Made by a program: the position numbers and the translations under genes. Shown here in pieces: positions 33,332 to 47,848 of a stretch of DNA of 64,000 nt. The DNA is from Eutreptiella sp. 'Long Island Sound 2002' (taxonomy: Eukaryota; Protista; Euglenida), in NCBI GenBank assembly GCA_964036045.1, contig OZ038378.1:28334001-28398000 (forward strand), written 5' to 3'. How positions within the stretch are numbered: position 1 is the stretch's first letter; each line of letters opens with the position of its first letter. The notes under the pieces were generated by a model. That model made no database searches. It had not been told where the DNA came from and was given only the letters and a program-made list of their open reading frames with translations.

Positions 33332-34520
33332 GTCTGCAACCCTCGAAAAGTCAGCCCATCACAAATTCTCTGCGTAGTCGCCCGCTTGTTGGTCACCGAA
33401 ATGACGGTTGCCTGGCACTGAGGGTGTCCAAGGGCAGGGTTATGGTGTAGACGTCCCAAAGTTTCCAGAGAGCAGATCATCTCCCTCAAGGAGTGGGTGC
33501 GGAATTCACCAGCAAACTACTGATTCTGTGAAAGAAGGCATTGGTCAGGCTCCCGGATAGGACACCCGTGGCTTGTGCGTTTTCCATCTGGGGGAGGGCG
33601 GGGGAAGAGAAGGAGGGGCATTCCAGGAACTTCGAGTGTCCACCATTCGGGTCAGGGAAGGCTGGGACACCGCAAAACATCTGGTACCATGGCGTACTCT
33701 TTGCCTGGGGTTTGAGCCAGACTTCCTACCAGCGCCATTTGGTGTGCCGTTCCTACGCCGTCCCTCCTCCCAGCTGAGCAATGGCCCCCAGTGATTGTGC
33801 TTGGGCAGGGCACAAACACAGGAAGGCACAAGGTGCACATGAAAATTTGTTTTATCTTGGACCCACAGCACACAAGTGCCAGGGCATAGCACAGGGGGAA
33901 CTGGGCAATCACACAGAAACAAATTGCGTGACTTGTGGTAATGAAAAATCCCCGACCCACAGACTGCAGACCGCATATGGAAACAGTGCACTCGTGATGC
34001 CGAGGAATACTGGGCTGTTGCTGATTTTCAGACAGGGCACTGGACACCAGTTGTGCTACACAGAACCAACCCACCGGAACCCCGCTACAATCCAGTACCT
34101 CTTGGTAGGTAGCTGTGTTAAAGTGGGTAAGTTGACCAAATGTTCCACGTACACCTTCGCTGAGCTCACATTAATGAGTGTTTACCCCCTCCCCCCCCAG
34201 CGCGAAAACCCTTAGCCCCCCCCCCCCCCAGCCCCCAAAGGATCCATGGCTCAACCATAGAACCTGCAGCTCAATCATAGACCTGTGCCTCCAAAGTGTG
34301 CCTTTCTGCTACCCTCCACAGCCCACCCCAACCGTTCATAATAACTGTGCATGCCCCTCAAAAACCCTGTACAACCTGCACCCCATGCCTTCTGTGCCCC
34401 CTGAACGCAAAACCCCTCAACACTGTGTCCCTTTAGCTTCTGAGCATTTGGCCCCCTGTGCCCTGAACACTGTGGCCCTCTCCGCAACGCTGCAACCCTC
34501 CACAAGTCCACACCCTCCAG

Positions 34521-34670
34521 GTCATGAGGCAGATCCAAGTCACTGCGCAGCAGTCGGACCTCATCCAAATGCTGGAGGACTTTGCAACCAATGACTGGGA
34601 GGCAGACTACCACATGGAATCCAGAGTCGCTGCCGCTCACAGCCTGGCGAACACCATCCACCGCGAGCCC
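34521..34670 (+). CDS. Putative host-gene exon (VMRQIQVTAQQSDLIQMLEDFATNDW...SRVAAAHSLANTIH)
   Basis: ccctccag acceptor in phase 0, compatible with the donor at 33332. No GT donor before the stop, so it is either a last exon or is followed by a non-canonical intron. Confidence 0.5.
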
Positions 34671-37600
34671 TGAGCACAGGGGATTAGCGGTTCCCACATG
34701 CGCCATCCGTCACATGATGATGCGCCTTGGCCACCAAGGATTGGGGGCTGAGGCAGGGAGCACGTTCCACAACCACTGGCACGTGCACTGCTCAATGCGT
34801 CCACCTATGCTCTTATGGATGGGGCCGCTCTAATTGAGGTGGCTGGCTTCACCGCGGCGGTGGTTGTCACAAGATTGAAGTGAATATGGTGCGCGGAGCG
34901 TATGGAAACGGTTCCAGCAGCATCCAGTGGACGCAAGGGGTGTCTGCTGGCGGCTCCTTCCACGCTGTCGGTCACTGCGAATACTGCTGCAACCTCCTGA
35001 CAGCCCTGTCACCTCCTTTGTGCATTACAGAACACTTGCTCGTCTGCAAAATGGTTGTGAGCCTGCCAGCGTCGTGTGTGTTATGGGCCGTCCTCGTCGG
35101 GCCATGAGGGTTTAGGTTGGCAGGGACACGCTGAATTTTGGTCAGACCTGCGACTGGTGTCCGGCCGGGGAAGCGAGTTTCAATTCAGAATTTATTTCAT
35201 TGGTTTCATTCATTCATTTTAGGAACTAGTCCCATGCTGCTTGGTACTTAGTAGGATCTGTGTCGGAACCAGAGCTGAGTAGGAACCAGCTGCATTCAGT
35301 GATGCGATCACATTGGATGTAGCGGACACCAGCGGTATGTCCGCTACATCTCGTCGTCTAATTTCTACAGCGCATGGCGTCTCCAGGGCGCTGATCGTTT
35401 GGTTTGCCTCTTGCCACCGGCAGAAGGGTCGGTGAAGGAGCGGGTCAGAGCCACCCTGTTCTGCCCCTCCCTGCCTTCCAGTGCAGCCTGGCGACGGGGG
35501 TGAACGCATGAGACCGGCTCCCTGCAGCAGAAGAGGCTCAGCTCCGGGTGCGCAGGTTGCGGCAACGTTCACTCCTGTGCAAGGAATTCAAGTGGCGGGA
35601 CGCCCCCCCTCCCCCCAAACACCTTGACCAAGAAGGCCTATTTTGCGACCAACACTAATTGCCTGACACACCCTCTCCAATGCTGTCTCGTGTTTAATCG
35701 CCAGCTTTCTCGAGCTTCTCATTGGTGCCAGAATGAAAAGGTGTGCTTTTGATTGGTGTTGCCCCAGCACACAGCACACCCAGTGATGAGCTCTAGGCCG
35801 CAGAAGATGATCATGACAAAGCCAACCGGAAACACAAGGTTTTTCACGTGAAAGGTTCCAGGAAAATCTCACATCAAACATCAATCGGCTGACACGACTC
35901 ATATTCGACACGGCCTTCTCTATCATTCGGGGACAACCACCCAAACACGTGTGCAGCAGCAGGCAGTGCTTCGATTTTTCATGAAATGCGGGTTTTCTAG
36001 ATTTCCGACGGCGACTTGACTTCTCAAGGGTCATGTCAGAAGTGTGCATGATCCCACACTCACCAAAACTGGGTGCCGGGCCGCCCACATTCAGCCGCAC
36101 CCATCCCCGTTTGGTGTAGGCCCCGCCCCATTTACATCCTGGATGCCGGTGCAAGTCTGGCCCATGTGCTGGTTTGCCTTGCGCCCGGAGATTGCCGCCC
36201 CCATCTGGGTCCTGCCCCCAGCGCCGTGTCACGCCGGTGCCACCCAATCGGGGCTCTCTCTTTGGTCACCTGGGATTAATTCCATGGCATATGGTTCCAA
36301 TGGCTGCCTGAAAAGGCATTCGGAGGCCAGACCAGCTTGGCATGGCTGAGTATCCATTAGTCCCGGTTGGTGTAGGCCCCACGTGAAGATGCCACGACGG
36401 TGGCCAGACATCCTCCCCCTCCCCCCGTGCGCGCTGTCCAGCATACGATGGCATAAATATGTCTTGTGGACGGTCAACACACCACCATCGTTGTTGCACT
36501 GGCAGCACGCTCTCGGTGCCATTCTGTGTCCCTGGCTCTTGGCCTCACTGGAGTCAGGGTTTGAGCCCTGGAGCGTCTTTCCCCAAGACCACGACAGCGG
36601 GCGCACAATCCTTCTCCAGAGCAGAGCCTTATTACATAGCACAGTCCCACTGCAGGCAGGATGTTGGTACCACCAGTGACCCCCAACCATCTTCAAGTTG
36701 CATTTGAAACTTCGAGTTGCCTTGAGCCGGTTTGGTGTTGTGTGAGTTGCGGGTGCGCGCGCACGTGTATGTTTGTGCAAGAATGCTCCTGCTGCTGCTG
36801 GCCCCTGCTGCATGACCTGGTATCAGAGTCAGCTCATCCTCACTGCGTGAGAAGTCCGCTACCACAATTAGTTGGGGGACATTGGTAGAACTGGACAGGT
36901 CTGAGCCTTGATCCCTCGAGTTCCCTCCAGTACCACACGGTGAGCGGGCTCCGCCAGCTCATCCTGGTCTGGTCACAAACAACTGCTGCTGCTGCTGCTG
37001 CTGCTGTGTGGCATCGCTTTGTCAAGCCCCCAGACGCCTGCTCTGTCCACATGCATACAGACGCATGCATGCATGCAGACCCTTGCAGTGGATGCACAGG
37101 GGTCCTTGCTCTCAAGGGCACATGCATGTGCCCCCGTGGGGCATGCACGACCTGGGACACGCACAAAGTGCAATAGGACCATCGGGTTGTTGTCGCTTCT
37201 TCCGCTGCGTTCCGCAGTGCCCCATTCAGACTCATTTCAAAGTGGGAACACAGGCTGTACCGCGGGTGCGGATATGTACTGTTCTGTTGCAACAATTCCG
37301 ACCTCAAAAGTTCTGCCGCACTTTTTCAACCCAATTTTTAAGGTCTGGTGCGTGTTTTTTGGGAAATCAGGTGGTTGAACAAATTGGCACCGTCACAGTG
37401 TCACAGACCCAAACCCCAACAGCGTGCCTGTCTGCGTGTGCAGTGCTTCCGCTACACTGCGTTCCACCATTGCAGCAGCTCCTTTCCATCAATGGACCGC
37501 TTTCTGGTCCAACCGATTTCTGTCTCATCTGATGCCACCCGGACAGAGTTGCAAGCGGCAGCTGCACCTTCAGCCAGGCGCAAGAAGCAAGCAAAAGACG

Positions 37601-40600
37601 ATGTCTGCCGCCCACAGCAATCCGGCGGGTCAGCACAACAGGTGACACAGGCTCCGCAGATGGTGAACAGACCTTGCGGAGAATTGCTGGGCACTATGCG
37701 GAACATTTGCATGCCATCTGTATGCTTGTGCGTGTGTGGTGTGCACACTCGGCCTGTTCCTTTGCCAGTGCCCGTTTGTCACGTGCACCACGCGTGCAAG
37801 GTGCCTGGGGCAGACCAAAGGCACGACTGAAGAACTGACTGCCTCAGGACGGGCGACAGCAGTATCGACGCCCAGCACAGGGGACCCCCTTCGTCAAGTC
37901 ACAAGCTAAGCTGAGCTCGGAGTCCAGCACCCCCCGCCCCCCCAGGTCTGCTGCACCTGCCCCGCTGCCACGGTGCAGCGGCGCAGTGTAGGTCAAATAA
38001 CGCTTTTGTCTGTCTAATCAGCTCAAGCCTCTGATATCATTTTGCCATCCGTAACGATGATGGGCAGTGTGTACATGTATAAGTTTTGTGGGTCGATTCA
38101 TTCGGATGACCGTGCGCGCGCACCTGAACAACACTGTAGGACGCAGTCAGAGTGCTGACAAATGTTGACTCGCAGTGGCTGCTAGCCCAGGTTGTGACAG
38201 AGTCTTTAGTAGGCCATCATCACGGGGTGTCGTGAACGCAAGCCCAAGGTCTTTAGGTGGTAGAATCGGGGTCAACCAATGGTGGTTTCCGTTTCATGGA
38301 TGACGGTTGCTGGTTGGTTGCTGGAGGTTTGGGCGTTTGGGCGTCACAACAGTCTAGCACTTTCTTGTCGAAGGATCGCCTGTGGGTTGCCCGCCCTTAG
38401 TGAGGGATATGCTGTGCATGTCGTTGTTTGGCCGGCTGTCCTCATTCGAAAGTGGCCGTCGTACGGGCTTGGCACTTCATTATTCCATCAGACAGTCGTT
38501 GCGCCACCGCAGGCGCCATGGCGTTGGTCTTCACAATGGCTAGCACCAGTAAACCAGGTTTACCTGTGTTTGTGGGTGTAGTGTGCAGAGTTGCTGGCAG
38601 TGTTCGACTGGACACCAGCCCTCGCCCTCCCCTGCCCCACCCACCCATCCTGTGGCATGTGCTGTACTTAACAATACATAGCCCTGTTGCATCCATTATT
38701 TAGTAGGGCCCACCCACATCCGATATCTGACTCAGTAGATGTCCGCCCTCCCCAATTACGCCCAGACACTAGCAGCAATTCTAGTACTGCCCCCCCCCCC
38801 CCCCCCCAAGCACGGCCTTGTCTAAGCACGGAATGGGTTGAAGCGCTGTTTTTAGGATTTTTCTGACACAGCATGCAGGACCTCAATCGGCTAATTTGTT
38901 TTTGGGATTTTCTGGAACCGCTGTTTTTTGTGGTCCTGAATGGAGGATTGGGTGTTTGTGACGCGCTTGTAGAGGGAAAGAGGGGCTCAGTCATGTGTCT
39001 GATTCTCCTTTCCAACCTTCTGCCTCATCTTGAACAATTGGACATGCTTGCCTTTCGGAGCTGGTTTTTGAGCAGGTTTTGCGGCAGGTTAAGGGAATAA
39101 CAATGCTAGTCATAGCTGAAATTCACATCAAAACAAACAGCATGGGGTTGCAATGTGTGGTACAATGTTGTTATGAACAGAATGCAGGGCTTCTGTTCCA
39201 TGGCACCTGATGCCCCCGATAGTGAATAAGGACAGGCAATATTTGGAAAGTTGCTTGTGCATTGTACCATGCTGTGTAAGGTTTGAGGCCTGTGCGTGGT
39301 TTGTGGTTGTGTGTGTCACGCGCATGCACGGCCTTGTCTACGCACGGGGTGGGCGTTGAACCGTGGTTTTCCCTGGATCTTTGGGACCGCAGCCGTGCTT
39401 GCGCAAGGGGGTGGGGGGTGTAAGTTGGCACACAGGCACGCTTTCATCTGAGTAAGGAGCCGGAGGAGCCTTGCACTCACGTGTTGGTTGTAATGGGTGA
39501 TGGCCATTGTCGCTCTTATGGCTGAGCATGGGATCCCCATCACCGTTGTTCCATGCAAGGAGGCACGCACGCGCCAGGGAGTGGTGGGTGCACGCCCCAA
39601 CTGGGAGGGATGTGTTGTCTCTGCTTCGGCTTGTGGTGCACAACAGTACCTGAAGAGTGCGGGTCTTTCTTTGTAATTTGTAATTTCTTTGTAATTTCAG
39701 GACAGCCTGAAAGTTCAGGGGGCGGAATGAGATCGGCTAGGGCCTGAGGGCGGCGCTTAGCAGGTCACCGGCAGCAGTTGCCGCTCGACTGGTGCTGGTT
39801 GGAGATTCAGGTGTCCAATTCTTCTCTGACAAGAACAGTCTGGAGCTGCAGTGGTGGACGGGTCCCATCCAAGCAATGCACCACCGGAGTATATGTATAG
39901 CAGGATGTGTGGAAACTGCAGTGGGTGCATGGATGCATTTGGGTTCGCCTGATGCTGATCTCTGGACACTGGAGAGATCTTTCCTGCTGCCCCTGCTGTT
40001 CCACAAGTCCTGCACAGAGTGGCAGCAGCAGGCTGAAACCCTGCCCAACTCTGCTGGTCCCTTGTGCCAGAAATTGCTGCTGGGCCTGACAACTGCTGCA
40101 GTGCAGCTGTGCAAACATCAGGCTGTCCCCGTGGTCACCCTGAGCTAATTCCATTGCATACGTTTCCACTGGCTGCTTGGAAAGGCATGCTAGCGGTGGA
40201 GCTTGGGCTGGACGCGAGCTTGGCATGGCTTAAGTCCTTGTCCACTAGTCCTTTGTTGACCTCGACTCCTGACCTCTTTGATGATCAAGATGAAGATGTG
40301 CGGTGGGGGAGGACCCTCAGCAGGAGCAGTGGCAAGATTACGGCCATTCAACCCCCCCCCCCCCCCCTCCCCGCTAGGATGTGCCAGTGCGTCAGCTCCT
40401 GATGCCAATTGCGCTGAATGATTTCGTGCTGCCCTGATCCAGCGTTGGGGATGAGGGTCTGAGAAGCAGTGGGGACTCTGCAACCTGTGCACACATTTTA
40501 CTTGAAACAACGGGCCACAAGCCACTGCACAACCACCAGCCCTCCACACAAGGGTTTCGTGGTTTTTCTTTTTGTGACCTGACCCTTTTCTAGGCTGAGG

Positions 40601-43600
40601 TTCCATGCACGTGAATCGCATTTGTGAGGATGAGATGTTGCCCCATGCACCACAAGAGAGGGACAAAGGCAGGGGAGGGAATCTATGCAAACCCAAATCA
40701 GAACAGAAGCAGAGCACACAAAGTGGCCAGAAAACAAAACAGGAGCACACAACACGGAACACATCCGCTTAAGCACATGCAGACATGCACATGTACAGGA
40801 CGCGTAGGGACCGTATTAATTTGGTACCTAATTTTAATTCGGTAGCAAATGTAGTGCAGCCACATAAGACATGGGTATGGTGACAAATTTGCCAGCCACA
40901 TAGGGTCATGGACACATTTGTTGTGAGTGTATTTTACAAGAGACCACTTGCAAGGCAGTTTCATTCCCAAGAACTTGAGGTTGCACGAGCCCAAACCGGC
41001 CCTTTACCCTCGGGCAAAGGCATCTTCAAAGGCATCTTCAAGTGGTGAGCATGTGCAGTTGTTCCGCATGGTGTATGATCGCAAGAAGGGTTTCCAAGCC
41101 GAACATTTGTAGGCTTCTCATCCCTCATTGCTTGTAGGAACATGGGTATGAACCTGAAGTTTCATGTTTCAAACACTTTCTTGTGTTCACATGCCTTTGG
41201 GAACGTGGGCGGAGGTTACAGTGCACTCATGCCATGCACTCACCCACGTGTGTGTCGGTACTTGTATGTGTTGCACGCAAGCCACACCCTTGTCTAAGCT
41301 ACAGTAGGCGTAGGGACCGTATTGATTTGGTACTTTTGCGCAGCTATTACAAAGGGGGGGGGTACATGGTGCAAGCAGATGCTTGCGTATCCGCATGGAA
41401 GTAGATGCTGCCGAGAATTTTTTCGGGTAGGTTTTACCGCCAAAGCGGGGTAGGAGAATGGGTTTGTCTTCCCCCCCCCCTGTGGTAACAAACCCAGGTA
41501 ATAGGAGCATGAGAGGTCAATACTGCCACACCACTGTCGGTAGCTGTTCCCAGCTGATAGACACACACAAACAGACATGAGCGTGCAAGATGGAAAAAAG
41601 TGCCATTCTTGGTCGAAACGGGAGTATACGCTGATGTGCCCTGAGGCTGCTTTGAGCCCAGAGCAGTCACTACAATCTGGCCCACTAGATGGGTGTCCCC
41701 ATGAACACAGCCACACAAACAACAACAACACCACAGCACAAACAGCACCAAACCTAAATCTGAATAGCACCAGCTATGTGCACTGGGGTACACCGAACAA
41801 GCATCTCTGTTCACAGTGGAAGCCAGAGTCCCCGCATTTCCCTTTGCTTTTCCTTTGTGCACAATTCCAAGTGGTGTGAGTAGCACAGCACCTGTCTTGT
41901 GCAAGCACATTGACACTGTGGGGTGATTGCCGCATCATACTACATGTGCACATGATTCCGGGGTTTTCCCCCTAGTTTCAGGGGACAAGTCCCTGTCTAT
42001 TGGTCCGTTGGGCTGGTGGGTATCCCAACACCAGAACAGTGTGAAAGTCAGTCTGAAAATAAACTGGAGTCCCTGCTTTGCGCTTCTGGCTGAATGGCTG
42101 GCATTGAAAGGGACCCTCCCCTTTTGCATTTCTCTTGCATCCTCATACATGGGCTGGCGCAGCTACCGGTTGTGGCCATAGCAGCTCCTTGGATGGCAGG
42201 AGCGTCAGAAGCTGCAAGCTATTTGGCCATGTGGATGGGAGGGCACAGCCAAATACAGCAGAGAGGATCTGCCCCAACTTGGGAGGGTTTTGGGTGGATA
42301 GGCTTGGCGTGTTTCGCTTTGTTTCCAGGATGAACCAGCCAGATGTCTTAGATTGGATTGGGCTGTTCTGCTCTGCAATGGACACCTTGGCCACCCCAGG
42401 ACTACCTACCACCCTGTGTGTGACCACGATGGTGACGCCATACTTCTTGCGGCTGGCCCTGGCACCTTGTCTCACATGCTGTCACAACCCCGAAGATGCT
42501 GACTCACCGCCATGATGCCTCCAGCACACTGGCCACACCACTTTTTGGGCCAGCCCAGCCGAAATCTCTCCTAACCTCCCCCCACCCCACCTCATCCCAG
42601 TTTGTAGTACTGTCACATGGCCGGTGGTGCGGTAGTACGGTCACACCGCCAGGCAGCGAACTGATGAGGCAACGAATGCCGTGTGAAGGTAGATGTGGCT
42701 GGAGCTAAGTGTTGGGTCCACACCTGACCTTTTGAGGGCCCCACTTTCTAGGCAACACTTGGTACTGTGTCCACGGTGGCATCAGGGTAACAGCAGCAAG
42801 AGAAGGCCGCACACCAGCAGAGGCCAAGCATTAATGCAGTTCAGACAGAGGTCTGAACGGTGCATCACAGTGAGTGTCGTTGACAATTGACGAAGTCCCA
42901 GTTGTCTTGGGTAGGGTACTGAGGGTGAATGTATTAGACCGGCTTCCTGCAATTGAAGATCGGATACTTTCTGATTGGCAGGTTGAGGCAATATTCCTCG
43001 ATTGTCCCTATCGCTGTGCATGCAGCATGCCATCATGCTGGACCGAGGCCCTGTGGCACAAATCTGTATGCTGTGCATCCAGTCCAATCACAGTTCAGCA
43101 TTTGGTTGTGATATGACTGAAGTATTTAGCTGAAGGCAAGATTTTGTCGTACGTTTGGGGGACTGCGACAGGATGTTCTTTTGTTTTTTTTGGGGGGGGG
43201 GATGTGATCATACTGCGCCAAGTGGTGGAGCAGTGGCAGTGTCCAAACAACGTGAGGTGGGCTCATTCTTTCTGCTTTTGTTCTTAAATATGCTGTTTAG
43301 CATGAGCTTGCGCCAAGAGGCAGGGGTGTTATCGCAGGGCGGAGCGACCACGGGCAGGCTTGAGGCTGCAGCAAGGGGACCTCCTGCTTTGTTGGCAAAA
43401 AGGGTGTCTCCTCTTGCGCGGGCGCCTCAGGAGAGTACGAGGGGGGACGCGGGGCCCAAAGGCCCAGGGGCTAAGCTCCTAAATGTGCATTCCTTCCTCC
43501 TATCGGCAGCACAAATGTACATTTCGTTTGAACACCCATCCCTTCTTTTCTCGTTGCCTCCGGGCCGTAGCCTGACAGGACAGAGGCAAGAACACAAATG

Positions 43601-46429
43601 TAGGGCCACGGTCGTTTATGCCCGCCTGAATGAATGGACTACCGTGCCCCCCCCCCCCCCGCCTTGCAATCTCACCCCCCCGGGAGGGAGACCGTCACTT
43701 CACTGTTTTGCTGGGCAATATCTATTGCGGTGGTTTGCGTTCCCTTCTGTCACACACACGTTCTTGCATTGCTTTCCCATTACTTCGAATCAGTCACCTG
43801 TGTGTATCCTGTGATATTCTCTCTCCAAAGGCGGTGTACAGGGTGTCGTGTCCCTTTTTCAGACCCAAGATGTTTTCTCCCGGTGACCGTGTATGGTACC
43901 ACTCACGCACACTTGGTGCACATGTGCTGGCCACTGTTGTGGGGCCTTGAAATACCCTTGCAACCCCCCCCCCCCCCCTAGGGGGGTGACCGTCACTTGG
44001 CGACCGTCTCCCCCCCCCCCCCTGGGGGGGGAGACCTTCACGCGCTGTGGGGGGGATTTCAAGGGGGGGGGGTACCACCCGGGCTATGCGCCAGAGGTCC
44101 CCTACACCTCCCTGTCCCAAGGCTTGTGTGGGTAAGGGAGTGAGTGCGCTGTCTGCAGATATGTTTTAATGCAATTTGATGAGTGGGAGTGTGCTAAGAT
44201 AGAACGCAACACACACAGCTCCTTGATTCAGACCGGACTCGAGCTGTCGTAAGTATGAGACATGCGCTGTGCTCAGGGTTTGCATGTATGCATGTATGAC
44301 AATGGATGTGCCCCAAATGGGGGACCAGGTGCCTGTCCATTTCTGACCCCCCCAGCCCCCATTCCCCAGGCTACACCACCGATGTGCATGCGCACCTGAC
44401 GCTCCTTTGCCGACAATGCACATGAAGTATTGTGAGAGGTGCCAGAGCGAATCTGGAGGGTAGCGACCATTGCTGATCCAAGCTACAGCACCAATGGGGC
44501 CCCCATTTTTTGTGAATTTTCTCAAATGCGTTCGATACCAATTTTTGAGTCACCATCGTAGGACGTTTTTTTTGGGTGGAATGTTTCCAGGTGGCCGCTG
44601 ATATTTGTGAGTGATGTTCCTGTGGGCTGCCCATGAGCGAAGCTACAACCCCGTAGTCTGTGACTTTTAGGTGTAGCTGTGACCAGTGTGGCAGGGGCAG
44701 GAAACAAGATGCAAGTTGATGCCCTGTTTTATGGGATTGTACACAGTTATGCCGTGCTTCATCTGAGTGGCTATGCCTAGCAGCAATTATAGCCGGGTAC
44801 TATGTTTTAACCCCCCCCTCTTTGCCCTTGTGAACCCCGCACCCATCCTCTTGTGCCCACCCACCCACCCGGTCCTTCCTTGTTAGGATTTGGCCCATTT
44901 ACTACATTCCAAATGTTGCTTGCAGTTGTAGGTAGTCAGCGTATCATCACCCTCTGGTCGGCTTGAATCTCAAGATGCACTTGCAAACTTCCCTGCTGGG
45001 TTTCTTGGAGCAGATCAAGGGGGTTGGGGCATCAGTTGCCGTTGCAATGCGACTGGCAGGGGAACCCAGTTGGTGAAGTGGGTGGGTCAAAGGTACGAAT
45101 TCGAGTTCCTGAATTCGTCAATCGACACTGGGCAGCATGCATACACGTGTTGGCTGCCCCACAACTGAAGCAACCACATGCTACGTGCTTCCGCTTTGTT
45201 GCACATTGTTGTACCAGATTGCGCAGCCTGGCAACTTGAAGCAGAGCGTTGATGGGGGCTGTGCTGTCACTCTGTATTGGGGATTGCAGGCGGTTCCCTC
45301 CAAGCGGGGTGACGGGGTTGCGGTACGATTTCTCCCATGACACGGGCTCATGACTCTTTCTGATGATTGCTTCTGGAAAGGGCTGTGCTGCACTGTGCAC
45401 TAGCAGAACACCTTGCATGCCCTGCTCGCATTGGGCGCCAGCATGACCAATTTGAAAAAAAGGCACGGCAAAATGAGGGTCTGTCATCTCATTTTTCATG
45501 AGACATGGCAGTTCACTGCCATACGGCCACGCAGTCTGACAGATGCACAAGTCCTCCTGGTCTCATGGGTGGAGGAACCAAGTTGAGGCCAGTGCTCTGG
45601 CCGTGCACGGAGGGAATATGACAAGTATACCCCTGATCATGACAGCATTAGGTCACTGACCAGCCCACGTTCTGGGTTGCCCAGCGTTGCACATATTTGT
45701 CCCATCAACATTTCCAGGGTTCTCCTGAGCACGCTTAATGACACCTTGAGTGTCTGGAACTCAAAAAAAGGAATATGACAAGTTTTCCCCGGATCCCCTG
45801 CCTCCCCCACGCCACGGAAGGTGCATGTACCGTATCTTTTTTGAGACCATTTAATTTTGGCCATGATTTCCGAATGCAGGGAACCTGCGCATTTGCATGC
45901 ATTCTCAGGTATTCATGTGTTCCGGCCACCATTCTTTGTGTTTTGGGCCACAACACTCATTTGACTGCAACATGTAACGTCATTTGTGCCTGGTGCATAC
46001 ACAGGTGTTCTTTAGGGTGTACCAACGGGGTGGTTTGTTTTTTGCTATCTGTTGGGTTTTCACTTGCTGCATTGAAAGGCAGAGTACCGAAAACCACGCA
46101 AGCTTGGCATGACTTGCTTCATTATATAGGCACAGACTTGTCTAAGTGCAGGGTCCCCGCCTTAGTTGTTTTCCCCTGAGTTTGTTTGCGTAAGAGGGAA
46201 CGGGGATTTGCAGCATTGTTTTAGGTACAATATGTGCACAGACTGTGTTCATTTGGGGACCTTGGTAGCCTGGAACAAAGAGGTGGGGGTGAGTCTGTAA
46301 GGTGACCAAGAGGCTTGTGGTGCATTTATCTAAGAAGCTGTGCGGTGTCTAGTTTAAGCGTTGTTGAAAATTTAGTGGAAGGCGCCTGAGAATTTCTGTA
46401 TCTCAGGGGGAGTGTTAGGGGGAGCATTA

Positions 46430-47848
46430 GCGCGCCGGGCATCTTTTTTTTGACCATTCACCACCCGTGCCTGTTTTTGCCCCCACCTCACCAAACAATT
46501 TGGAGTACCTTCTCGCCGTGTCTAAGAATTTGGCCCATCCTTTGCACCCAGTTCATGACGATGGCAAGGGTGGTGGTTGGAAGTGGTGGGTGTGACATTT
46601 TGTGTTGTTGAATTCTCATATTTTGGCTTATACAAGGTGCCTTGCAGAGAAGGTTCGCGGTCTAGTGCGGTCTACTTGGGGGACTTCCCAAGGTGAGGAT
46701 AAACTTGGGGCTAGGGATAAGATACGTAATACAAAGGTAGCGCGCCGGGCATGCGCCGGGCAAACATTCCCCCTTGGCGCGCTGGGCGCGCGCCGGGCAT
46801 CTTTTTTTTTACCATTACCCACTCATGCCTGTTTTTGCCCCCACCTCACCAAACAATTTGGAGTACCTTCTCGCCGTGTCTAAGAATTTGGCCCATCCTT
46901 TGCACCCAGTTCATGACGATGGCAAGGGTGGTGGTTGGAAGTGGTGGGTGTGACATTTTGTGTTGTTGAATTCTCATATTTTGGCTTATACAAGGTGCCT
47001 TGCAGAGAAGGTTCGCGGTCTAGTGCGGTCTACTTGGGGGACTTCCCAAGGTGAGGATAAACTTGGGGCTAGGGATAAGATACTTAATACAAAGGTAGCG
47101 CGCCGGGCATGCGCCGGGCAAACATTCCCCCTTGGCGCGCTGGGCGCGCGCCGGGCATCTTTTTTTTTACCATTACCCACTCATGCCTGTTTTTGCCCCC
47201 ACCTCACCAAACAATTTGGAGTACCTTCTCGCCGTGTCTAAGAATTTGGCCCATCCTTTGCACCCAGTTCATGACGATGGCAAGGGTGGTGGTTGGAAGT
47301 GGTGGGTGTGACATTTTGTGTTGTTGAATTCTCATATTTTGGCTTATACAAGGTGCCTTGCAGAGAAGGTTCGCGGTCTAGTGCGGTCTACTTGGGGGAC
47401 TTCCCAAGGTGAGGATAAACTTGGGGCTAGGGATAAGATACGTAATACAAAGGTAGCGCGCCGGGCATGCGCTGGGCAAACATTCCCCCTTGGCGCGCTG
47501 GGCGCGCGCCGGGCATCTTTTTTTTTACCATTACCCACTCATGCCTGTTTTTGCCCCCACCTCACCAAACAATTTGGAGTACCTTCTCGCCGTGTCTAAG
47601 AATTTGGCCCATCCTTTGCACCCAGTTCATGACGATGGCAAGGGTGGTGGTTGGAAGTGGTGGGTGTGACATTTTGTGTTGTTGAATTCTCATATTTTGG
47701 CTTATACAAGGTGCCTTGCAGAGAAGGTTCGCGGTCTAGTGCGGTCTACTTGGGGGACTTCCCAAGGTGAGGATAAACTTGGGGCTAGGGATAAGATACG
47801 TAATACAAAGGTAGCGCGCCGGGCATGCGCTGGGCAAACATTCCCCCT
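46430..47848. repeat. Tandem array of ~4 near-identical 358-bp units
   Basis: Near-identical short ORFs recur at 46602/46960/47318/47676; only a few substitutions between units. Confidence 0.95.

Noticed and set aside
35783-35893. Possible C/D snoRNA (TGATGA...CTGA)
   Set aside because: No terminal stem or recognisable guide; the overlapping region looks equally like a coding exon
37530-37730. HPDR (J-domain-like) peptide and overlapping MDRFLVQP ORF
   Set aside because: A stop lies two codons before HPD and the helices do not fit; too weak to call
39741-39810. Exon-like segment ending RLVLVGDSG (P-loop start)
   Set aside because: No GK[ST] continuation was found nearby; a single short motif could be chance
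36262-40230. Homologous ~90-bp blocks at 36262-36347 and 40131-40230
   Set aside because: Real, but an ordinary old dispersed repeat; too decayed to classify
42880-45022. Further protein-like segments (IDEVPVVLGRVLRVNVLDRLPAIEDRIL at ~42.9 kb; HPLVGLNLKMHLQTSLLGFLEQIKG at ~44.95 kb)
   Set aside because: Plausible exons of the host gene, but boundaries and frame linkage cannot be established without transcripts
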